From assembly GCA_030390025.1 (NCBI GenBank), contig CM059432.1, forward strand, positions 136,464,001 to 136,528,000: a stretch of 64,000 bases of DNA, given 5' to 3'. The translations under genes and the position numbers were made by a program. This stretch comes from Squalus acanthias (taxonomy: Eukaryota). Shown in pieces: positions 35,598-47,299 of this stretch (position 1 is the stretch's first letter; every line of letters starts with the position of its first letter). The notes under the pieces are model-generated. The model was not told the origin of the DNA, did no database searches, and worked only from the letters and a program-made list of their open reading frames with translations.

Positions 35598-36259
35598 GTT
35601 ATGGCTCCTAATGAACAGTTACTCACTAATACAAGTCTGTCAATAAATCAATTATTGATCAATCTGGTTTTCACGTAACAGATTAACAACTCCGTGCCCC
35701 TCGCTTCAGCCGTCACCTTTAGGACACGTCAAAAAAATGTTTTCTATTTCGTGTGTGTCATATATTGTTTTTAACATAACGAGAGACATGGGAAAAAAAA
35801 CAAAATCAAGATTCATTTTCGTTTCATTCAAACAGCAAAAGTAATCTCGAACGAGTCCTTGAAACAGCTGCCGCCATAACCTAATCCTAAGCTTCTTAGA
35901 CCACACTTGCAAGAAAATATTTTCTTTAAAGTTACTTATTATTTTGTTTTTACATTCTGCTTCCCCCTCCCCCATGCGAGTCTGACTTGGTTGATGCTAC
36001 CTTGGGGGGGCTTTTGGTAATTCCAGCACCTTCAATGACAGGAGGGTCTGAGCACTGCAGTCTAACAAGTGAACTTAAAATACTCGACCTTGTCTAACAG
36101 GGGCTGTTTCAGAACTTACAACGAAAGGTCGCACTGCGCCCTGTGTGTATGTGTGTATCAAATATTTAAATGTCAATTTGATGAAATAGCTCGCTGTAAA
36201 GCACAATTCACCCCCTACTGTGCAACAAAGAAACAGCTCGGTTACAAAAAGAATCCAAG

Positions 36260-36706
36260 TACAGCCTGCTGGACTCAACATCGAGTTCAACAATTTCAGA
36301 CCATAACCTCTGCCCCTATCCTTTTTTTTTCCATTTATTTTATTTTATTTTTTCTCTCTCCCACATGGCAGCTGTCTTTCATTCTGCCAGAGCCATTTAC
36401 ACTTCATCTAGAGCCATCTTTTGTTTCTTAACTTGTCCCATTACCATCTCCTTCTGCCTTGCACCATCTCTTAATTTCTCATAATGTCTCTTAATCTCTC
36501 CTGCCTTCCACCCTATCACAGACCTTCCCTTTGTTCTTTCCTCCCCCCCCCCTTTCCCCGCCCCTACACCTGCTTAAAACCTGTTACATCTCCAGCTTTT
36601 TCCAGTTCTGAGGAAGGGTCATCGACCTGAAACGTTAACTCTGTTTCTCTCTCTCCACAGATGCTGCCTGACCTGCTGAGTATTTCCAGCATTTTCTGTT
36701 TTTATT
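36260..36706 (+). mobile_element. Penelope-like element 3' end (GIY-YIG C-terminus and pLTR)
   Basis: Starts with codons for QPAGLNIEFNNFRP*, then a pyrimidine-rich UTR and a hammerhead motif. Homologous to 60009-60455. Confidence 0.8.
36604..36640 (+). ncRNA. Minimal type I hammerhead ribozyme motif (Penelope-associated)
   Basis: AGTT-CTGAGGA-AGGGTC ATC GACCT-GAAA-CG-TT-AACT: stem I AGTT/AACT, stem II GGTC/GACC, palindromic ACGT helix III. Confidence 0.7.
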
Positions 36707-37079
36707 ACTGCCTCTAAATGTTGGGTGCGTGATTATATCTGGCCTTGTCGACCTGATCATTTGTAATTTTTTTATCTATTAGGGGCCCTTATACCGTGCG
36801 CTGCGACAGTTCCAACAGTGCTGTACACTCAACCAACGTCCCTTTGCTGGAGTCAAAGCATTTTTAGCACGATTGTGAGTACGAGGCATGCGTTGTACAA
36901 ATTAAATTTGCGGCGGATTTTGTTAAATGAACTGCAGCAGCAATTTGTGTCTCAGAACGATTTGGAAGGAAGAGATCTGGACACCAAACCAGAAGTGAAA
37001 GAGGTCAAGTGTACAGTCGAAGAGATAAGCTTTTTGAGGGAGGATTTTGAAGGTAGGTGGGGAGCAGGGTCGTAAGGCC

Positions 37080-37300
37080 TAGTGGTCTAGAATGTGGAAC
37101 TCGCTGCCGCAAGGAGTAGTTGAGGCAAATAGTATAGATTAATTTAAGGGGAAACGAGATAAACACACGAGGGAGAAAGGAATAGAAGGATATGCTGATA
37201 GGCTTAGATGAAGAGGGGTGGGAGGATACTTGTGTGGAGCATAAACGTCAGCATGGACTAGTTGGGCCGGATGGTCTGTTTCTTTGCTGTACATTCTATG
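37080..37300 (+). mobile_element. CR1 LINE 3' end
   Basis: MWNSLPQGVVEA...FKGK.DK.. coding end and ATTCTATG tail. Confidence 0.7.
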
Positions 37301-37410
37301 TAAGAGAATTGCAGGGGACAAGAGCATCATGGCGGAGGGATCAGCCTGCAATGGAGGAGCAGAGAGGCGCAGAACAAAGTCACTGTAACAACAGGTTATC
37401 ACTGCTACTA

Positions 37411-37682
37411 CAGTAAACTCTTGTTTAAACGGCACTTTATCATCCGGAATACTTTAATAACCGGCAAAATAGAGATATCTCAATACAAAACAACACCTCA
37501 ATAACCGGTAATCTTGCCGAATCCATCCAGCACTCGTTTTGCCGAGTCTGAGTCTCCCGCGGTGGCCGAGTTAGTCAGTGGTGATGGTGAGTGGAAAAGC
37601 AGCACCGTGGTAGGTATCCAGAATTTTTCATCAACCGGCACCATCCTGGTCCCATAGGTGCCGGATAAGAAAGAGTTTACTG
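37411..37682. mobile_element. Tc1/mariner (Tigger/pogo-type) MITE, 272 bp
   Basis: TIR CAGTAAACTCTT / AAGAGTTTACTG with TA TSD on both sides. Confidence 0.8.
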
Positions 37683-37964
37683 TACTAGTAACATCAGGCT
37701 GATGTAACTCACTCAACGTCCATAATCATGTGTTAAACAACGTGACGCAATTTAGTGGTTTACTTTATTAATCTTCCATCAGTGACCATATAAATCCCCT
37801 GCATAATGTAAACGAGCACTTTTATCCCTCTTCCTGCATCTTCTGTTCATTCATTTTGAAAAATAACAACAACTTGCATTTATATAGCACCTTTAACGTA
37901 GTAAAAACGTCCCAAGGCGCTTTACAAGAGTGTTGTAAAACACAATTCACCACCAAGCCACATA

Positions 37965-39365
37965 TAGGAACATAGGAACAGGAGGAGGCCATTTAGCTCC
38001 TCGAGCCTGTTCCGCCATTCACTGAGATCATGGCTGATCTGCGATCTAACTCCATATACTCGCCTTTGCCCCATGTTCCTCAATATCTTTGGTTAACCAA
38101 AACCTATCAATCTCAGATTTAAAATTAACAATTGATCTAGTATCAATTGCCTTTTGCGGAAGAGAGTTCCAAACTTCTACCACTCATGAAAAGTCTGGCT
38201 CTAATCTTTAGACTATGACTCCTAGTCCTAGGCTCCCCAACCAGCGGAAATAGTTTCTCTCTATCTACCCTATCTGTTCCCCTTAATATCTTGAAAACTT
38301 TGATCAAATCACCCTTTAACCATCTAAATTCCAGGGAATACAACCCTAGTTTGTGTAATATCTCCTCGTAATTTAACCCCTGAAGTCCGGGTATCATTCT
38401 GGTAAACCTACGCTGCACTCCCTCCAAGGCCAATATATCTTTCCTAAGGTGTGGTGCTCAGAACTGCTCACAGTACTCCAGGTGTGCTCTAACCAGGGTT
38501 TTGTGTAGAGGCAGCATAACTCTTACCCCCTTGTGTTCTAGTCCTCTAGATATAAAGGCCAGCATTCCATTAGCCTTTTTGTTTATTTTCTGTACCTGTT
38601 CATGGCATTTTAATGATCTATGTACCTGGACCCCCAAGTTTCTTTGGACCTCCACTGTTTTTAGCTTTCTACCATTTAGAAAGTATCCTGGTATATCCTT
38701 TTTAGGTCCAAAGTGGATGACCTTACATTTGCCTACATTGAAATCCATTCGCCACAGTTTTGCCCATTCATTTAATTTATCAATATTTCTTTGTAATTTT
38801 ATGCTTTCATCTACACTGCCTACAATGCCGCCTATCTTAGCATCATTGGCAAATTTGGATATGTAGCTAAGTCGTTAATAAATATGGTGAATAGTTGAAG
38901 ACCCAACACAGAAACACAGATCTCTGCGGGACACCACTCGTCACATCCTGCCAATTGGAGTACCTGCCCATTATCCCTACGCTGTCTCCTGCCGCTCAGC
39001 CAATTTCCTAACCAGGTCAATAACTTGCCTTCAACTCCGTGGGCTTCAGCCTCAGTTAACAGTCTCTTATGAGGGATTTTATCAAATGCCTTCTGGAAGT
39101 CCATATAAATAATATCCATAGACATTCCCCTGTCCACTACTTTAGTCACCTCTTCAATCAGGTTTGTCAGTCATGACCTACCTTTTACAAATCCATGCTG
39201 GCTCTCTCTGATCAGCTGAAAATTTTCAAGGTGTTCAGTCACCCTATCCTAAATAATAGACTCTAGTAATTTCCCGACAACAGATGTTAGGCTAGCTAGC
39301 CTATAATTCCCTGGTTTCTCCCTCTCACCATTCTTAAATAGCGGAGTGACATGCGCAATTTTCCA
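37965..39365 (-). mobile_element. CR1 LINE, 5'-truncated, RT domain to tail, disrupted
   Basis: ORF pieces [49 protein letters not shown] and LEGVQRRFTRMIPG. Confidence 0.92.
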
Positions 39366-39367
39366 AC

Positions 39368-39496
39368 ATAAAGAGATATTAGGACTGGTGACCAAAAGCT
39401 TGGTCAAAGAGGTAGATTTTAAGGAGTGCTTTAAAGAAGGAGAAGCAGTGGTAGAGAGGCGGTGAGGTTTAGGGAGGAATTTCCAGAGCTTAGGGC
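39368..39496 (-). mobile_element. L2 3' fragment
   Basis: GACCAAAAGCTTGGTCAAAGAGGTAG motif. Confidence 0.7.
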
Positions 39497-42400
39497 AAAT
39501 ACAAAACACTTCAATTATGTTGTCTGCTGAACAATTTTCTTGACTGATTTTGTTTTTGTAAATATAAAATTTCAGTCAGTAGGTGCTTGTAACAACAGTA
39601 ACTTGCATCTATAGTGTGCCTTTAATATAGAAAATACATCCCAGGGCACTTCACAGTGGTGTAATCAGACAGTTACTGACAGACTTGCCAGGGAATCTGA
39701 AGTTGAAGCTGAATTTATAAACCTGACAACCAGGACTTTTAATAGCAGTTTGTGCCTTTAACTAACAACATGGGCACACATGAAACAATGGCAGAGGTCT
39801 TAAGTGTTCAAATAGTCACCTTAATCTCTGTTCAGATCTGACAAGTTATCTCAACCTGTAAACGCCCTGTCAAGTGGATTTAAATGGATCAAATCTCGAC
39901 CCGTTCTGTTGACCCGAGCTGTAAATTATGCTTGCTGCCCTTTATAACCAATATCAATTTAAAAACATATATATATAATCAATCAATTTCCAAATGTCAT
40001 TCTCTTAGGTAACTCCAGGTCTGGCTGCTCTCGGTGTGAAGTACCAGGATACAATGATAGTGTATCCCAGCAGTACTGTTGCAGGCTTCCCCCCCGCCCA
40101 TCAATGTGCACTGTTAAACAATGAAATGAATTGGAATGTAAAGGTGACAAACCTTGAGGAACACAGATGTAATTTTACACGGTTTAGTGAAGAATATGTC
40201 TAATACAGCACTCTTTTAAAAAAAAAAGTGAAAATCAATTTTGCCAGCAGTTTAAAAATTGACATTAGCCTTTGAGGAGCTAGGAATAGATCTTCCTGTC
40301 AAACACAAAACTCCTCTGCTCCGTCTAGACTGCAGAGAGAGCAAAATTATCAGATTTTCATTTCCTCAATTTCACTCAACAGTGGTAAAAACGTGTGAGT
40401 ATTGATTCATCTGCTGAAACAAAAAGCAGAAGAGCTCTTCATCTCGACATGGTCAAATGGGTTTGCGGTTGTCTAATTATACCTATCCAAGGAATATAAA
40501 TCTTCAGCCAGTCATTACGTAATTATTTAAGAGGCCACATGCATTATTACAATCGGTGGAATTCACGCACATCTTCCCTCCCAATATGATCCAGAGTTCT
40601 CCCAACTCCTGCGACGTCCTTGCCATGGCTTCACTCTCCAAAATGTAATTCATGTTTAAATGAACTGGCACTTTATTGTCATTATATATACTTATAGATT
40701 TCTGCTCAGTGCATGATTTGCAGACCAAGGTCACGTCATATGCAGGAGCGAGATAAATAGGCTGGCTTAATAAAGATAGAGAGTGATCATCAAATGCAAT
40801 CTATATTAAAAAGGGGGGGGGGGGGGAAACACAGGTAAGCCTGTTGTAATTAACCTACAAATTTAAGCTTGAATTAAAAAAGTGAAATGTTCTTTGATTG
40901 AGCTTGGGGTACACCAGAGTTTTATTTTATTCGCAGCCCCAGTCAGTCAAATGCTAAAAAAGAAAAGAACTTCGAAGTGATGTGCTTATAGTACAACTTG
41001 TGTAAGTTGTGTGTGCAAGGCTACCTCATTGGACAAGACATCAGCTGGAGTGGCCGTTTCCGTTTCCTCAAAAAACACAACAATAACGCTGAAAAGTATG
41101 TCGAAAATGCGATAGGAACGGGCTTTTTTGTTCTTTCACTCTCGATGTCAAAGATTGCGATTTCTTTATTTTATCAGCAGAATGCGTGGCTCTCTTTTTG
41201 GTAGTGAATGTAAGGAAGTTTGTCCAGGAGAACGCCAGCTGCAGGCAAACATTGCCACATGGAGCAGAGGAATCGCCAAGAATGAATTAGCGCCCAAGAA
41301 AGACCCACAAGTTGTTTCTTCCTCCTCCCCCCCACCCCCCCCAACCCCTGCCCCTACCACATTCCCTTGAAAGTAGAATCACCATCGATCCACAGCTATT
41401 ATCCTGCGAAAGAATTACCTTTTCTTCCTCGCCGTTAGTGGACTTTAACACAATTTGCTGCTGAAACTAAACAAGATATCTTATTCAAATAAAACCTTAC
41501 ACCGTTAATGGTAAAAATGACATGTATTACAGTGCTGCAGTAGATTTAATTAATTGTAAATATGCCAAAATCTGTAATGTAATCCCACAATCCAACCACT
41601 AAAAAGCTTGTCGGCTACAGTACAGGAAATACCTCAGCTTCAGTCATTAAAGCTGAAACTACTGATTCTAAATGCATTATCACTTCATACTAAATGTGTA
41701 GGCTGCTGAGGTGGGGGGGTGGGGGGGTGGAGTACTCTCGGACAGATACTCAGACACCGAGGTTGAGCTAATGATGTTACTTGACCTTATAAGCACTACC
41801 CATCTGAAGAATATATATATATATATATTTTTAAACTTTACTGACGCATCACATAACAGAATAATCAATTGATAAGCTGCGGGATACTGCAGAAATAATC
41901 CTGCTGCTGTTGTTTGCAAGTTCAACCTGAAGGCACCTGGGCCACCCCTTTCGCTGTCATTTGCCGAGTGAGTGGGTGACACTGTGTTCCTCGCTATCAG
42001 TTACTCTACTAAACGTTCAGCATTTCCCAGCAGTGCCCCTTATACCGAGAAATGTAAAATACATATCACACAGTACATGCAGTTCCCTCCGATAACTGCA
42101 GCTGCAGATTTACCGATAAGATCCTGGCACAGCTTTCCCTGCCATTACCTTAAACATAAATGGTTACATCTGATTTTAAAGGGTAATCCATCCTGATTAG
42201 AATTGTAGATAAGCCGAAAAGGTATCTGCAACATCACCAACACTTTATTTCATCTGTGGCCAATTTGAACAAACCAAAGCCTGCTCTTAGCTCACTTGGG
42301 TTATCAGTAATCAGGTCAACGTCAATTTAAACTTTCACCCCTGGAGATGTGCTCAGGAAGTTAAAATACATCACTTCCTGCTCTGAACAGAGCGAATTAA

Positions 42401-43944
42401 AAAACGGCAGTACTTTAAAAAAAAAATGTAATTCACTTTTTACCTGCAATTGCATATACAGCATCAAAGAATAGATAATGGAAGTAAATAGGAGAGAAAA
42501 TAGGGATGGGAGGAGGCAGGGAGAGAGAGAGAGAGAAATTTAACTTAAATTGCAAAGAAAGTTATAATTCCCAGAGAAGAGGAGAATACGGTTTAATCTA
42601 CATCAAAGCATCAGTGTATCATGATGGAGACCAAAACCATAGCAACACAAGATGGTGGCACACACTTTCAAGTTTTCACATGGCTGAACTCGTGGTCAGA
42701 GGGCGGGTCAATCCCTGGCTGATGCACATCTCCTGTGGATTGAGCATCATCAAGAGTCCTAGGAGTGGTCTGCTTACCCTCCCCCTCTTGGTTCCAGTTG
42801 TCATGTAACCCACAGAGATAGGGGGGGAATAAAATGAAGGTAAAGATTGTAAGGTAAATCAATAATAGAAGGAATTTTCTTTGGAAGCTAGGAAAATATA
42901 CCTGACATGTATCAACATGAATGTCTGGGGCCAAAAGATCTGTGGGCCACGGTCCTGGTTGTGCCCTCCAGTGCCCACCCCACTGGAGTTTATGGAGAGG
43001 GCACCTCATTTGCATGGAGTCAGCAGGCGAGGGCATCTCGGCCACTCGCTTGTCCCATGTGTCAGAAACTGCTGCACCTGCCAGCTATCTGGGAGGTAAT
43101 CAGGTTCCCCTGCCTTGGAGATCCCATTTTCAGCCCCCTTGCATAAGAAATAATCTGACTTCAGGGGCCCAGGCCACTTACCTGGCTAGGACATCCTTGG
43201 CAGGGCCCACTTGTGCCCTTCTGGAGGTTGGTATGCCTCTATCTGACGCAACGTACCAGCCTCCAGTCTAACGAGAAGTCCCTAATTTGCTGGAGAAGTG
43301 GTAATTCCCGCTGTAGGGAGTAGTCATTCAGTAGCCAACACCCCGCCCCGCCCCACCACCATGGCTGGCCTTGTAAGAAGCAAGAGGAGTTTTTGCTCCT
43401 TAAAACGGCCACGTAAAATTTCCCTAATGGCATTGCTTCCAGGTCTCTCTCTGACCATTTCTGTCAGGAATCTGCTGGGACAGCTAAGGTAATTTAGATC
43501 CTAGGGTTTTAAATATGTAATAAAAAGTGTAAAAAAACAAAATATGGAAAATGATTGCAGCTACAAAGTAGTTCTATAAAGTTAAAAGAGATGGTTTCCG
43601 TGGAGCTTTCCCAGAAAAGGATTGCAAAAATCAAATCTGCAGGGCAACAGTGTTGAAGGAGAAAGGAAAAATCAAGCTGCCCGCCCATGTTTTCCATCAG
43701 TAAAAGCTTTGCTTGGCTGAACAAAAGCAAACACAAAGATGTTGGGCAACCTTTCAACTTTTTCCACAGTAATAAGTCAGTAGAAGGTGCCATTGAATGA
43801 ATAACCTTCATCCAAGTTAGGCCCCTGCATCATCATACTTTGAGTTTTACTTTAACTCGCAAGAGTTTAATGTTTAATATATGGTGAATGTTGATGCACG
43901 TGCTTAGCTAAAACAATTCCATAATGCTTCTACTCTACATTCAA

Positions 43945-44300
43945 GAACTTGTATTTATACACACCTTTAATGTAGTAAAATGTTCCCAGGTGCTTCACAG
44001 GAGCGATATCAGACAACACTTGACTCCAAGCCACATAAAAGGATATATTAGGACAGGAAGAGGTAGATTTTAAGGAGCGTCTTAAAGGAGGTGAGAGAGA
44101 CGGAGAGGTTTAGGGAGGGAATTCCAGAGCTTAGAACCTAGGCAGCTGAAGGCACGGCCGCCAATGGTGGGGCGAAGGAAATCGGGGATGCGCAAGAGGC
44201 CAGAATTGGAGGAATGCAGAGTTCTCGGAGCGTTGTAGGGCTGGAGAAGTTAACAGAGATAGGGAGGGGGCGAGGCCATGGAGCGATTTGAACACATGAT
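43945..44300 (-). mobile_element. L2 LINE 3' end
   Basis: Homologous to 62514-63062. Confidence 0.8.
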
Positions 44301-44334
44301 GAGGAAGGTTTCAAATATGCCATCAACAGACAAG

Positions 44335-45226
44335 GGGGGAAAAATTCGGTTGATTAGCGCCTCCCGTTAGCGCCCTAAGAGGGCGCTAATGGGGCACAAA
44401 GCAACTAGCGACCAGGTGTGGAGATGTTTGCGCCGCTCGCAAAATTGACCAGACATTTTGCGGTGGCGCTAAACACTACCGCCACGATCTCCTGCGCCCA
44501 CAGATCGTGACGTCAGTCGAGCGTGCAACGCCCCAGTAGTGCCCCAGACTGGATATTGAGTGGCGCCCCCTGCCTTTCCGCCTGCCGCTAGCAATGACAG
44601 GTAGAGGGGTATGTTTTGCAGTTGGGAAGGGACTGGGGGAGCGCTATTTAAAGGCGGCCGCTTCCTGCCTTTTTTTGTCAGTGACATTTTTGCATCACGC
44701 ATTCTGAGAGAGGGAGAGAGACTTCTGGAGAGATTCAATGCTGTGTGAAGGAGTTTTGGGTACTGAGCAGCACTTTGCAGGTTCATTTTGATTTGACCTT
44801 CCTTGCATCGATTTAGAAGAGACTGTGGGGGCTGCACACTGAGCTCTTTCCCTGGGTCTCTCCATTGTTCATTCCAGCAGAATTGATGTACAGGTCTCTC
44901 CAGGCTGAGATTCAAGGCTGCAATGAGCAGGGTGTGGCTGGAGAGCAAGATCGACCCTCCCCTTTAAGAAGTGGCCGGCGCCAATGTGTCTGTGTTCCAT
45001 TGCTGACTGACATCACATGAGCTTCGCCCGCGCTCTGAGTTAGCGCCTCGCCCCTCGGCGTTAGTGCCTTAAGAGAGGTGTGTAGTGCCTGATTTAGCGC
45101 TCAAATCACCTCCAGGGGCAATAGAAGCCAAGTTTGCAGTCGGAGGCGATAATTAGCGCCAGGCGCTAAACTTTGCGCCCGGCCGATAATTGCGCCCCAA
45201 ACGGGGCGATACCGAATTTCTCTCCC
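44335..45226 (-). mobile_element. Diverged subfamily copy of the 893-bp non-autonomous Harbinger element, inverted orientation
   Basis: Ends GGGGGAAAAATTC / GAATTTCTCTCCC with AAG (or CAA) flanks. Colinear with 18527-19419 on the opposite strand. Confidence 0.88.
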
Positions 45227-45895
45227 AAGGAGTAGTAAACCTTTTATCAATAATTACCAAATATAAACGAAGTGCTGTTATTGTGGAGTTGGAAACATTG
45301 CTTTTCTGTTAAAGGCAGCGTTATCCATTTTGCGAGCCCTCACATGTTGTCACTTAAAATAACTACAAATGAAGGCACATCAGCAACCCAACATACTGTG
45401 CAGTCCAGATAGGGGTACATGCCAGTGATTCTACATGCAGTGAGCTTCAGTTGTAATTGGTAACAGAAGGAAATCAGCCTCCCCAATAGACAGCTCAAGA
45501 ATGTCACTGAAAGCAAGCTGGCTGTCTGATCTGGTGGTGGAGTGGTGTCTGGTTTGAGAAGATCCAAGGAAAAGTGAAGATAATTTTTAAAAAGCTCATA
45601 AAAATGCAAGCAAAACACATTTTAAAATCTTGATAAAATAATTATAAATGATTATATCAGAATAAAGTCTTCATTAACTTCTCAATTCTTTTGAGGGTGC
45701 TTTTCCCTCCGTTTATAATTTTGGCATTGACAAGCAAAAAAATAGATACATCTCCTTGGTGTGGTGTTAACACTGGTTCAACCTCTTTTCATATGTTTAA
45801 AATGGTGGTGAAGAGTTTTTTGCTCATGGGTCAGAAATTAAGTGGGCAGCCTGCATTAATTTAACACCTCATATTTTATGAACATATAACATTAT

Positions 45896-46789
45896 GGGGT
45901 AGAAATTAGGTCGCGCCCCATTTGGGGCGCAAATATCGTCCGGACGCAAATATTAGCGCCTGGCGCTAATTATCGGCACTGACAGGAAACTTCACTTTTA
46001 CCGCCCCGGGAGGTGAGTGGAGCGCTAAAGCAGGCGCTGCACACCTCTCTTAAGGCGCAAAGGCCGAGCAGTGAGGCGCTAACTCGGAGCGCTGGCGAAG
46101 CTCATGTAATGTCAGTCAGCAATGGAACACACACACAATGGCACGGGCCAGTTCTTAAAGGGGATGGTTAATCTTGCTTTCCATCCACATCCTGTTCATT
46201 GCTGCCTTGAATCTCGGCCTGGAGAGACTTGCACATCAAATGTGCTGGAAAGAACAATGGAAAGTACCAGGCAAAGAGCTCAGAGTGCAGCTCCCACAGT
46301 CTCTGCTAAATCGATACAAGGATTGGCAAATCAAAATGAACCTGCAAAGTGCTGCTCAGTACCCAAAACTCCTTCACACAACGTTGAATCTCTCCAGAAG
46401 TCTCTCCCTCTCTCTCTCAGAATGCGTAGTTCAAAAATGCCACCAACAATAAAAGACAGGAAGAGGCCCCCTTTAAATAGCGCCCCCCCCCAGCCCCACA
46501 GCGATTGATAGCGTTCCAGTCTTCTGGTCGTTGGAAGCGCCAAGCGGTAAGGCAGGGGGCGCCACTCAATTTCCGCTACGGGGCGCCACAAGGGCGTTGC
46601 ACCATGGAATGATGTCACAATCTGCGCGCGCAGGTGGTCGCAGCGGCAAGTTTTAGCGCCGCCGCACAATCTCAAGTTAAGTTCTCGAGCGGCGCAAACA
46701 TCGCTGCGCCCGGGCGTTAGCGGCTTTGCGCCCCATTAGCGCCCTCTTAAGGCGCTAACGGGAGGCGCAACCAAGTGAATTTTTACCCC
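45896..46789 (+). mobile_element. Young 894-bp non-autonomous Harbinger element
   Basis: Same TIRs and TAT TSD as 18527-19419. About 8 differences by eye. Confidence 0.92.
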
Positions 46790-46914
46790 TATAAGTTATA
46801 CTTTAGAGCAGGACTAAATAGTAATCATAAGGGAGTAAGGCTAGAAAGATAGTAGTATGGTATTTATGTTCCAGATAGTTCAAGTTCATCCATGGAGAAG
46901 CAAAAAAATGAGGG

Positions 46915-47268
46915 GAACATAGGAACAGGAGTTGACCATTCAGCCCCAAGCCTGTTCTGCCATTCAATGAGATCTTGGCTGATCTATCTCTTAACTCTAT
47001 CAACCATCTCCTTTTATACCCATGTCTAGCAAAAACCTATTGATCGCAGAATTAAAATTATTAATTGAGCTAGCATCTACTGCTTTTTGTGGGAGAGAGT
47101 TCCACATTTCTACCACCCTTTGTGTGAAAAAGTGTTTACTAACTTCTATCCTGAATGGCCTAGCTCTGATTTTAAGGTTATGTCTCCTTGTCCTAGGCTC
47201 CCCCACCAGCAGAAAAAGTTTCTCTCTATCTACCCTATCAACTCCTTTCAAAATCCTAAAAACCTCAA
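46915..47268 (-). mobile_element. CR1 LINE 3' end
   Basis: ORF 47000-47251 reads DREKLF...FFTQRVVEMWNSLPQ. Confidence 0.85.
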
Positions 47269-47299
47269 TCCATGCAGAGTGGGCTGAACAGACTGGTCT

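Noticed and set aside
44335..46789. Composite transposon formed by the two inverted MITEs
   Set aside because: Each has its own TSD and they belong to subfamilies of different age.
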